Shown: one piece after another, positions 38,017-46,108 of the stretch
Position numbering within the stretch: position 1 is the stretch's first letter
Layout: each line of letters starts with the position of its first letter
Source: Oligoflexia bacterium
GTDB taxonomy: Bacteria; Bdellovibrionota; Bdellovibrionia; JABDDW01
Length of the DNA stretch: 49,282 bases
Reading direction: 5' to 3'
Assembly (NCBI GenBank): GCA_043732305.1
Contig: JAYTHU010000239.1
Coordinates: 1-49,282, forward strand
Position numbers and translations under genes: made by a program
The notes under the pieces: generated by a model
Told to the model about the DNA's origin: nothing
Seen by the model: the letters and a program-made list of their open reading frames with translations, nothing else
Databases searched by the model: none

Positions 38017-38886
38017 ATGAGTGGACTTGCTTTGAAAGATTTTTCCGCTCTAGGAACAATACAAAATAAAACTGATAGCAAAGTCGAAGAGAATAAATTG
38101 AAGACGCTTCCCCCTGGGGCGAGTGTACAAGATAAATTCAATGCGCGTGCCCTTCCCGCAAAAGATTCCCGCGATCCAAAAAAGATGGAAGCGGCTCGCA
38201 TGTTTGAGAATCAATTTGTGAGACAGATGATTCGCGAAATGAGAAAGACTGTCCCGCAAGATGGAATGGAACCAGAATCCATGGCCTCCGGAATTTTCAA
38301 AGATCAACTTGATGATCAGTACGCAGACAAATGGGTGGATAACGGTGGCATCGGTTTAGGAGATATCGTTTATCAACAGCTCGAGCAAAAATATGGAAAC
38401 AAAGCTGCGCTAGCACATGCAAAAAAAACCGGTGAGCTTTTGCCTATCAAGCTCGATGGCAAAGTGGGACATCCAGAAAATATAAAAATCGATAGTAAAA
38501 ATTCAGCGAATCAAAATCGTCCGTCAGAAATTATTTCTAAAAGTGAAAAAGATTTATTTTTGTTGAAAAAAACACAAACTGGTTTTGAAATTAAATCGCG
38601 CGAAGCTCTTCCGGAAAGAGTCGAATTGCGATCGCCTATGGCCGGAACAGTGCTTCACGCGGCCTCTTTAGGGGAAGGTAAACAGTTAGTAGTTATCGGG
38701 CACGATCAAGGTCTAGGACAAAATTCGTCACTGGTCAGTCAGTTCGTTCACACGGGGAAGAACCTGGTGAATCCAGGAGATAAAATTAGCCAAGGGCAGG
38801 CCGTTGCGTTTTTGCCAGCAGCAAATAGCGCGGAAGAACGCGCCCACGTTGTTTTCGGGTTGCGTAAAGGCACCACTGTTGAATAA
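38017..38886 (+). CDS. flgJ: FlgJ: rod-binding domain fused to a degenerate M23-like domain
   Basis: EAARMFENQFVRQMIREMRKTV...FKDQLDDQYA...GGIGLGDIVYQQL; C-terminal SPMAGTV...VNPGDKISQGQAVA; start uncertain. Confidence 0.85.
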   Translation: MSGLALKDFSALGTIQNKTDSKVEENKLKTLPPGASVQDKFNARALPAKDSRDPKKMEAARMFENQFVRQMIREMRKTVPQDGMEPESMASGIFKDQLDDQYADKWVDNGGIGLGDIVYQQLEQKYGNKAALAHAKKTGELLPIKLDGKVGHPENIKIDSKNSANQNRPSEIISKSEKDLFLLKKTQTGFEIKSREALPERVELRSPMAGTVLHAASLGEGKQLVVIGHDQGLGQNSSLVSQFVHTGKNLVNPGDKISQGQAVAFLPAANSAEERAHVVFGLRKGTTVE

Positions 38887-38923
38887 AATAAACATAAGGG
38901 TTTAAGGGCAAGGAGGCTCGCAT

Positions 38924-39274
38924 ATGAAAGTTTCAGATAAAGTATTTTCCGAACAAGCAGAAGGTCTGACGAAATCAAAATCGGCTGGTAAAAAAACCGG
39001 CATGCATCAATCTCCCGCAGCCGCTGATAAAACTATTTCTGATAGCGACAATATGGATTCCGCAAAGGTAAAACTTTCGGATCGCGCGCAGGACATGAGA
39101 AAAATCAAAGACACAATCAGTTCCACTCCTGATGTGGATGAAGCAAAAGTTGCTAAATATAAAAGCATGTTGGCCAAAGGCGATTACAAAATTGATTCCA
39201 AAGCGATCGCAGACAAAATGATTGATGAACACGTGAAGAGTGACTTCTTCTCTTCTGCTTTCAAAGATGAATAG
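38924..39274 (+). CDS. flgM: Anti-sigma28 factor FlgM
   Basis: VKLSDRAQ, PDVDEAKVAKYK...GDYKIDSKAIADKMI. Confidence 0.92.
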   Translation: MKVSDKVFSEQAEGLTKSKSAGKKTGMHQSPAAADKTISDSDNMDSAKVKLSDRAQDMRKIKDTISSTPDVDEAKVAKYKSMLAKGDYKIDSKAIADKMIDEHVKSDFFSSAFKDE

Positions 39275-39284
39275 GAAATAATAA

Positions 39285-39800
39285 ATGACGGAACGAGCGG
39301 CCGAGGTTTACAAAAACCTTGTTCAAGTTTTAGAAGACGAAATAAAAGTTTACCGCGTGCTACTTGATTTAGTGAGGCGCGAGAAAGAAATTTTAGTTTC
39401 CGCTAGGATCGATGATCTCAGCGAAAATAATCGCGCCAAAGAATTACTTGTTTTGAAATCAAAAGGTTTAGATAGAATCCGCGAAACCCATGCACGCGAG
39501 CTTGCAAAGATTGTTGGCTCTAATCATGAGAATCCTCGATTGCTAGAAATTGCCGCTAAAATGGAAAGTGTGCAAAATGATCAGCTCCGAGCCATTCACA
39601 CGACTCTGGATTTATTGATCAGACGAATGAAAGAAATCAACGCTTCGAATGAAGCATTAGTGAAATCATCTTTGAAAACTGTCAATGGAGCTTTAGGAGC
39701 GATTCGAGACACGCTTCAACCTAAAGCCACTTATGCGCCGTCAGGTGACATCAGTAAAAAAGAAAATGTTTCGGGACACTTTGTAAGCAAGGACGTCTAA
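39285..39800 (+). CDS. flgN: Flagellar chaperone FlgN
   Basis: Helical; EKEIL, INASNEALV, TY near the C-terminus; between flgM and flgK. Confidence 0.85.
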   Translation: MTERAAEVYKNLVQVLEDEIKVYRVLLDLVRREKEILVSARIDDLSENNRAKELLVLKSKGLDRIRETHARELAKIVGSNHENPRLLEIAAKMESVQNDQLRAIHTTLDLLIRRMKEINASNEALVKSSLKTVNGALGAIRDTLQPKATYAPSGDISKKENVSGHFVSKDV

Positions 39801-39823
39801 AGACGTTTCGAGTTAACAAGTTA

Positions 39824-39864
39824 ACTTACTCTAAGGATGGAGTGAGTAAAAGAGGAGCAGGATG
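39824..39864 (+). promoter_or_regulatory. flgK leader with candidate CsrA sites
   Basis: Hairpin ACTTACTCTA-AGGA-TGGAGTGAGT, SD AGAGGAG, and CAGGATG overlapping the start codon. Confidence 0.55.
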
Positions 39865-41289
39865 GCTCGTATTGGATCTTTGATGAACATGGGTCAGCAG
39901 GCGATGGCTAACAGCCAAACCTCTTTGCAGACTACAAGTCATAACATTGCGAATTCCAATACGGAAGGTTACACTCGGCAGCGCGTGGATCAAGCCAGTG
40001 CGCAACCTCTTACCATTGGGAATAATCGCATTGGTCAAGGTGCCAGGACCGTCGCAGTTAAACGAATCACAAATGAATATCTCACCAAACAAATCAATTC
40101 TGAAAATAACAAACTGGGCATGGCCACGGGTAAACAGGATTCTCTCCTGCGCGTGGAGCAGATTTTTAACGAGAGTATCAACAAAGGTCTCAATCATTTC
40201 TTAGGAGACTTTTTTAACTCGTTCCGTGAAATGTCAAACAACCCAGAATCTCAAGCCACTCGGGCACTCGTTAAAGAGAATTCAAAAACTTTGGTCGACG
40301 ATTTTCACCGTATCGATGGTCAGCTTAATTCCGTTCAGAGCGACATCGATTTCCAAATTCATGCTCACGTTGGCCAAATCAATGGTTATGGAAAAGAAAT
40401 AGCTTCTCTCAACGAAAAAATTCATCAAGTCGAAGTCCAGGGTGCTTATGCTAATGACGAGCGTGACAAGCGCGATCTGTTAGTTAAAAAATTGGGAGAG
40501 CTTGTCAACATTCGCTCCGCCGAAGGGGACAACGGAAAGTATGCGATCACCGTGGGTAACACCGGTGTACTTGTTTCTGGTAGCGAATCAAATGAACTTT
40601 TTAGTCAAAGCACTCCCGGTCGAGAAGGTAAACGTGAAGGCAACGTGGATATCATGTTTGCTCACGGAGACAGTAAAGTTGTGCATCAACTGACAAATGA
40701 AATCAAAGGCGGAAAGCTCGGCGGATTGCTTGAAGTCAGAGACGTCGTCATCAATAGCCTGCATGACAATTTAGATCACGTGGCTTTCAACGTGGGTGAA
40801 GCTGTCAACGCGGTTCACGAAGCCGGCTTTGACCGTTACAACAACACTGGGCAAACTTTTTTTAATCCTCTCGATGAAGAATTTCATGCGGCCACCAATA
40901 TTGGTGTCAATGACGCCATTTTAAAAGATCCAGGAAAAATCGCAGCAGCGCTCATCAAAGATAGTCCCGGCGATAACCGAGTATCCAATGCTATTGCTGA
41001 ACTTCAAGAGCGTAAATTGCTCAAAGGCGGAACATCTACCGTTGACGATTATTTCAACGGCATGGTGGGTGAGTACGCCATTCTCACGCAGAAAAACAAT
41101 ATAGTTTATGAGCACCAAAAAAACATTGTGGCTCAACTGAACAATGTTCGTGAATCCGTTAGCGGTGTGAGTCTTGATGAAGAAGTCGCGGACATGGTGA
41201 AGTTCCAAAAAACTTTTGAAGCCTCTGCAAGGTTGATTAAAGTTGCCGATGAAATGTTTGAAACTGTTCTTAGCATCAAACGAATGTAA
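39862..41289 (+). CDS. flgK: Hook-associated protein FlgK
   Basis: SHNIANSNTEGYTRQ, DKRDLL, GGKLGGLL, SVSGVSLDEE. Confidence 0.96.
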   Translation: MARIGSLMNMGQQAMANSQTSLQTTSHNIANSNTEGYTRQRVDQASAQPLTIGNNRIGQGARTVAVKRITNEYLTKQINSENNKLGMATGKQDSLLRVEQIFNESINKGLNHFLGDFFNSFREMSNNPESQATRALVKENSKTLVDDFHRIDGQLNSVQSDIDFQIHAHVGQINGYGKEIASLNEKIHQVEVQGAYANDERDKRDLLVKKLGELVNIRSAEGDNGKYAITVGNTGVLVSGSESNELFSQSTPGREGKREGNVDIMFAHGDSKVVHQLTNEIKGGKLGGLLEVRDVVINSLHDNLDHVAFNVGEAVNAVHEAGFDRYNNTGQTFFNPLDEEFHAATNIGVNDAILKDPGKIAAALIKDSPGDNRVSNAIAELQERKLLKGGTSTVDDYFNGMVGEYAILTQKNNIVYEHQKNIVAQLNNVRESVSGVSLDEEVADMVKFQKTFEASARLIKVADEMFETVLSIKRM

Positions 41290-41297
41290 AGGAATGA

Positions 41298-42371
41298 ATG
41301 CGAGTCACTAACAACATGAACTACAATCAGGTCAAAACGAGCATCGAAAAAAATCGATCCGAAATGTCTGACTTGCAAACTCAGGCTGCGACCATGAAGC
41401 GCATCACCAAGCCTTCGGACGATCCTGTTGGAACTTCGCGCACACTTGCCATTCGCACTGATAAAAAAGACTCCGAGCAATTTATCAAAAACGCAGAACA
41501 AGCTAAAACATTTTTAAACACCACAGAATCTGCTCTTGCAAGCGCTAGTGAACTCTTGGTTCGCGCAAAAGAACTAGCCATTGGTCAATCCAGCAGTGCC
41601 AGTTCAAATGCCTACAGCCGCTTATCTACCGCAACTGAAGTCGATCAGATGTTCAAAGACACCATTGGTATTGCTAACTCTCGATTCGGTGAGCGATATG
41701 TTTTTGGTGGCTATAAAACCATGAATTCTCCTTTCGACGCTGATGGTAACTTTCGTGGCGATAGCGGAGCGATCCGAATTGAAGTGTCCAAAGGTGTTTT
41801 TGTTGCGATGAACATGTCGGGCGATAGCGTTTTTCATGGAAAAGATTACGCACTCGCCAAAATTCCTGAAGATCACCGCGGGGCCAACACTCCAAATTAT
41901 CCAGATGTAAAAGAAGTAGTAAGAGAGCCTGGCCAAACGGAAGTAGAAATTCGTGGACCTGCGAGTGTCAAAGATCAACTTGTGATTCCCGATAAGCGAG
42001 AACAAGCTGCGGCAGACAAGCAAGTTATTGAGCCTGGAGAAAACGTATTTAGTGTAATGAGAGCGTTGTCGAATGGCTTGAAAGCCAATGACACCGTGGC
42101 TATCGAGGAAACTCTCGAACGCATAGATAATGCGCTTGAACAGGTTGTGACACTGCGCTCGCAAATCGGATCGCGAATAGCTTCTTTAGCAAACACTGCT
42201 GACATCTTGAGCAAACAGAAAATTGATAACTCGGCGCTTTTGAGCTCTATAGAAGATGCCGACGCATTTGAGCTGTTTACTGATATAACTAAAAATGAGA
42301 GCACACTAAAAGCCACTCTGCAGTCGTCCGGAAAATTGATTCAACCTAGTCTTCTTGACTTTATTAGGTAG
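41298..42371 (+). CDS. flgL: Hook-associated protein FlgL
   Basis: MRVT, KRITKPSDDP, RYVFGG, SLLDFIR. Confidence 0.96.
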   Translation: MRVTNNMNYNQVKTSIEKNRSEMSDLQTQAATMKRITKPSDDPVGTSRTLAIRTDKKDSEQFIKNAEQAKTFLNTTESALASASELLVRAKELAIGQSSSASSNAYSRLSTATEVDQMFKDTIGIANSRFGERYVFGGYKTMNSPFDADGNFRGDSGAIRIEVSKGVFVAMNMSGDSVFHGKDYALAKIPEDHRGANTPNYPDVKEVVREPGQTEVEIRGPASVKDQLVIPDKREQAAADKQVIEPGENVFSVMRALSNGLKANDTVAIEETLERIDNALEQVVTLRSQIGSRIASLANTADILSKQKIDNSALLSSIEDADAFELFTDITKNESTLKATLQSSGKLIQPSLLDFIR

Positions 42372-42422
42372 AACGATTATCCATTGAAAAAGTTTTCGCA
42401 AAGAGTGCATTGAGGAGAATTT

Positions 42423-42659
42423 ATGTTGGTTTTAACAAGGAAGTTAGGCGAGAGCATCGCTATTGATGATCACATCAAGATCGTTGTCGTGCAAATCAAG
42501 GGCAAACAAGTCCGTATTGGTATCGAAGCGCCTAAAGAAACAAAAATACATCGTGAAGAGGTTTACACTGCTATCCAGGAGCAGAATAAAGAAGCCTCTC
42601 ATATGGACTCTGATGCTACCAAGCGGGTAGCAAAGCTTTTAAAAAAGAGCGCAGAGTAA
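42423..42659 (+). CDS. csrA: Carbon storage regulator CsrA with a FliW-binding C-terminal extension
   Basis: MLVLTRKLGESI, VRIGIEAP, HREEVY, IQEQNKEA. Confidence 0.98.
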   Translation: MLVLTRKLGESIAIDDHIKIVVVQIKGKQVRIGIEAPKETKIHREEVYTAIQEQNKEASHMDSDATKRVAKLLKKSAE

Positions 42660-42717
42660 TATTTACTTGCAGTCTTGAAAAGAGACTTGCTAGTCTGGAC
42701 ATGGAGGTCTAGGGCGT

Positions 42718-43260
42718 ATGCAGATTCAAACGACGCGGTTTGGTGCAGTTTCCATAGAAGAGAGCGATCTCATCACTTTGCCCGAAGGTCTTTTGGGCTT
42801 TAACGATTTAAGAAAATTCGTGATTCTCGAAGATCCCGATGACTTAGTATTCGCTTGGCTACAGTCTTGCGAAAAACCTGGCGTGGCATTTCCGGTTTTA
42901 GAACCCGAACTTTTCAGTAGCGATTATCGTGTGCGATTGGCAAAAGCCGATCGTGAGACTTTAAAATTGACCGCTGACGGAACATTCAGATTGTTCACCA
43001 TTGTGAACATCCCCAATGATGTGACACTCATGACGGCAAACCTGAAAGCGCCGATTGCCATGAATGTGGCTACTCGGATAGCTAAGCAAGTGGTCACTCA
43101 AGAAAATGATCATTCCATCAAATTTCCAATTTTCATTGAGCTTCAACAACGTTTGTTAACTTCAGGACTACCAACGGCTGCGGGCGCAAAGAAACTAGTG
43201 CCTCAGACAAGTGTGTCTGTTAAATTGCAGCGGCCCGTTTCTCCTGACCAACAAGTTTAA
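42718..43260 (+). CDS. fliW: Flagellar assembly factor FliW
   Basis: TTRFG, PEGLLGF, WLQS, TANLKAPI, KQVV. Confidence 0.95.
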   Translation: MQIQTTRFGAVSIEESDLITLPEGLLGFNDLRKFVILEDPDDLVFAWLQSCEKPGVAFPVLEPELFSSDYRVRLAKADRETLKLTADGTFRLFTIVNIPNDVTLMTANLKAPIAMNVATRIAKQVVTQENDHSIKFPIFIELQQRLLTSGLPTAAGAKKLVPQTSVSVKLQRPVSPDQQV

Positions 43261-43268
43261 ATTTTGAG

Positions 43269-44048
43269 TTAATTAGGATCGATGATCCACATTGTCCAAT
43301 CGTTTTTCAAAACTACATTGTCTGGTTTTAGAAAAAATGAATATCGCAGTCCATTTTCGTCGTCGAAGCGGGCATCGAAACCTTTGCCGGCGGCGCTTCG
43401 GTGTAAATTTGGATGCTCTTCTCTAATCGCAGCAAAAGTGGAATCAAGTTGCTTATCAAATTCGGCGTCAATGATCCATCGCACATCCGTGGGGACAAGT
43501 TGCCTTTCGTCATGGCCTGATTTTCTCCAGACTCTTGGTGGTTGACGTTGGATCATTTTCAAAATGTCTTGCCCAATTACACTTTCAAGGATCATTAGAT
43601 TTTGATTGAGAGATATGGGTTTGGCGATTTTGAAACCTTTGTAACCGGATTTTTGTGACAATCGATAGAGATATTGGAGCGCTCGGAAATCAGCTCGGGC
43701 TACTTTTTCCAAACCGTAAAGCTTATAAATTTTCACTTCTTGATCTGCGTTTCCGGCTGCGGGATAAATTCTGAAAACTTCGCCTCCGCTGTGTCCCTCG
43801 CCCAAAGCATAAACCCGAGAGCCTTTGGGAACCGCAAAGGGAATTTCACTTGTACGTTTTTGCTCGCCGTAGTGAGGTTCAAAAGAATCTGTGCCTTGAG
43901 TGAGTAAAGTCTCAAGCGCTGATCTGCAATTTGACAAGTCTGAGGGGTGACTAGCCTGAAGCGGCACGGACGAAAAAAGTAATGCAGTTGCCAATAAAAT
44001 CGACATATACATGGCGCTAAAATGTATCCTAAGTGCTTTAAACCTCAT
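43269..44048 (-). CDS. Exported protein-kinase-like protein (truncated C-lobe; catalytic Asp apparently absent)
   Basis: Signal peptide PLQA|; LGEGHSGGEVF, KIYKLY, MILESVIG, FFLKPDNVVL, WIIDPN-stop. Confidence 0.7.
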   Translation of the reverse strand: MRFKALRIHFSAMYMSILLATALLFSSVPLQASHPSDLSNCRSALETLLTQGTDSFEPHYGEQKRTSEIPFAVPKGSRVYALGEGHSGGEVFRIYPAAGNADQEVKIYKLYGLEKVARADFRALQYLYRLSQKSGYKGFKIAKPISLNQNLMILESVIGQDILKMIQRQPPRVWRKSGHDERQLVPTDVRWIIDAEFDKQLDSTFAAIREEHPNLHRSAAGKGFDARFDDENGLRYSFFLKPDNVVLKNDWTMWIIDPN

Positions 44049-44060
44049 GGATTTTACTAT

Positions 44061-44077
44061 CGCAAGGAGGGTGCCAA
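44061..44077 (-). promoter_or_regulatory. Consensus sigma54 promoter for the kinase-like gene
   Basis: Minus strand TTGGCAC-CCTCC-TTGCG, a perfect -24/-12. Confidence 0.8.
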
Positions 44078-44698
44078 TTACATCGAGCGGAAGAAATTAA
44101 CAGGGCCCGCGCCTTCGCGGATAACTTTGATGGATTGGTCGCTGAGATCGATAACGCTGGTCACGCGTGGAGCAATGGTTCCGCCGTCAACAACGCCGTC
44201 GATACGGCCATGATACCAGCGTGCAATGGAAAGCGGATCAACGAGTGGTCCCGTTTCAATGCGAACAGTGGAGCTCAAGAGTGGGCTCTTCATGGCTTTG
44301 ATCAAATCGATAGTTGTTTCGTGTTCAGGGATTCTGATTCCAACAAATTCCCGGCGAACTCCAGCAAGTTTGGGAACACGGTCGGTTGCTTTCAAAATGA
44401 AAGTGTAGGGACCTGGCAAATGCTGCTTGAGAAAAAACTCGGCAAACTCATCAACCACGCCATACTCGCGAACCATTTCCAAATCACAACACATGAGAGT
44501 GAAGGGTTTGTCAGAGGGGCGAAGTTGAATGCGTGTCACTTTGTCTGTGGCTTTTGCACTATTGAGATCACTGCCAATTGAGTAGCCAGTGTCTGTGGGA
44601 TAAGCCAAAACAGCATCCGATTTGAGATAGCGGATAACGTCTGAGAATTCTTGCGTGTTGCGGGTATCTTCCCCGTCATGAAAAATAGCTAAAAACAT
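44078..44698 (-). CDS. Sua5/YrdC/YciO-family protein (threonylcarbamoyl-AMP synthase fold)
   Basis: AYPTDTGY, RPSDKPFTLMC, LPGPYTFIL, VGIRIP, PLLSST, VIREGAG. Confidence 0.9.
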   Translation of the reverse strand: MFLAIFHDGEDTRNTQEFSDVIRYLKSDAVLAYPTDTGYSIGSDLNSAKATDKVTRIQLRPSDKPFTLMCCDLEMVREYGVVDEFAEFFLKQHLPGPYTFILKATDRVPKLAGVRREFVGIRIPEHETTIDLIKAMKSPLLSSTVRIETGPLVDPLSIARWYHGRIDGVVDGGTIAPRVTSVIDLSDQSIKVIREGAGPVNFFRSM

Positions 44699-44734
44699 AT
44701 TTGATTAATTACCACTAATTTCTGGAGAAAGCTA

Positions 44735-45325
44735 CTACTCGACGTATTCAATTTTAAGAATCACTAGCTCTGCCTCACCGCTGGGGCGCTGCACAAGTGC
44801 CGTTTCCCCAACTTTCTTATTGAGCAGAGCTTTGGCGACTGGGGAAATCCAGCTAATTTTGCGTTTTTCAATGTTGATCTCATCTTCGCCGACAATCTGA
44901 TATTTAAGCTTTTTACTGCTCTCGTCTTCAACGGTGACGGTCGCTCCAAAGAGCACTTGTTTTCGAGACTGTTCTCCTAGCGGTACAACGATCGCTGCCT
45001 GCATTCGGCGACCCAAGAATCTAAGCCTACGATCGATTTCCCTCAACCGGCGCTTACCGTAAATGTAGTCGCCATTTTCCGAGCGATCTCCATTGCTGGC
45101 AGCCCAAGCAATAACTTCGACTAGCTTAGGGCGTTCGCCACTGAAAAGTTTTGTGTACTCTTCTTGGAGTGCTTTGAGGCCTGGTGGGGTGATGTAGTTC
45201 GGGCGCTGTACCGCGATTCCGTTTTCACCTGCTAATTTTTGAAGGGCGGCTTCTTCCGCAATATCTACTGCGGCTTCGTCGAAGTCCAGCCCCGAGTCCT
45301 GCTCTTTAGTGAACGCTTTTGACAT
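44735..45325 (-). CDS. greB: Transcription elongation factor GreB
   Basis: NYITPPG, WAASNGDRSENGDYIYGKRRLREIDRRLRFL, ISWISPVAKAL. Confidence 0.96.
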   Translation of the reverse strand: MSKAFTKEQDSGLDFDEAAVDIAEEAALQKLAGENGIAVQRPNYITPPGLKALQEEYTKLFSGERPKLVEVIAWAASNGDRSENGDYIYGKRRLREIDRRLRFLGRRMQAAIVVPLGEQSRKQVLFGATVTVEDESSKKLKYQIVGEDEINIEKRKISWISPVAKALLNKKVGETALVQRPSGEAELVILKIEYVE

Positions 45326-45407
45326 GCTTGAAAGCTATCACATTTAAAAGGTAGCAGGTTATTTTTTGCGCACTTAGGTCGATGAAACGGTGCAATAAAA
45401 CGGTCGA

Positions 45408-45436
45408 TTGACAATTTAAAACAAATGTTTTAATAT
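45408..45436 (+). promoter_or_regulatory. sigma70 promoter with an overlapping TetR-type operator
   Basis: TTGACA-N17-TAATAT; palindrome TTAAAACA-AA-TGTTTTAA (45416..45433); ATG 6 nt after the -10. Confidence 0.85.
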
Positions 45437-45442
45437 GCCTCT

Positions 45443-46108
45443 ATGGGATTTAGACAATTCAAAAGAAAACAATTAGATCAGAGCACGCGTGATGAAATCA
45501 TGGCGCATGCTCAGAAAATTTTCGGTAATGTTGGTTACAAAGAGGCCACGGTCAGGCAAATCTGTAAAGCCGCCAAGGCCAACGTCTGTCTCGTTTCATA
45601 TTATTTCGGTGGGAAAGACGGCCTTTACGTGGCTGTTATAGAAAATATTATTCGTCGCAAAATCGAATTCACACAAAATCAGTTTACCGGTAACATCAAT
45701 ATCGAATCTAGAGAAGAATATCGTCTACGTCTGCAAATATTTATCGAAAGTTTTTTCGTTGAACAATTGGCTATGCCCGAAGTTTTCAGGCTGATCAATC
45801 GCGAAGTCAACGAAGGCAGCACGCGTACTGGACATTTGGTTGAGGAGTTTTTAGTTAATGTGCGTTCGGGATTTATTGAGTTTATAGAATATGGAATCAA
45901 GAAAAAGTTTGTGAAAAAAGGATTGGATGCCTCTCTCACCTGTGCTGCGGGGTCAAACATGGTCATGGGCTTTGTGGCGATGTTGTCCTTGCCGGGAAAA
46001 TCAAAAGTTTTTTTCCCTCAATATTCAGAGAAAGAATTACCAGAAAAAATGCTGAAAACGTTAATACCTATTTTTATCGATGGAGTCATGAGCAATGAAA
46101 ACAATTAA
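45443..46108 (+). CDS. TetR/AcrR-family regulator
   Basis: FGNVGYKEATVRQICKAAKANVCLVSYYFGGKDGLY HTH. Confidence 0.93.
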   Translation: MGFRQFKRKQLDQSTRDEIMAHAQKIFGNVGYKEATVRQICKAAKANVCLVSYYFGGKDGLYVAVIENIIRRKIEFTQNQFTGNINIESREEYRLRLQIFIESFFVEQLAMPEVFRLINREVNEGSTRTGHLVEEFLVNVRSGFIEFIEYGIKKKFVKKGLDASLTCAAGSNMVMGFVAMLSLPGKSKVFFPQYSEKELPEKMLKTLIPIFIDGVMSNENN

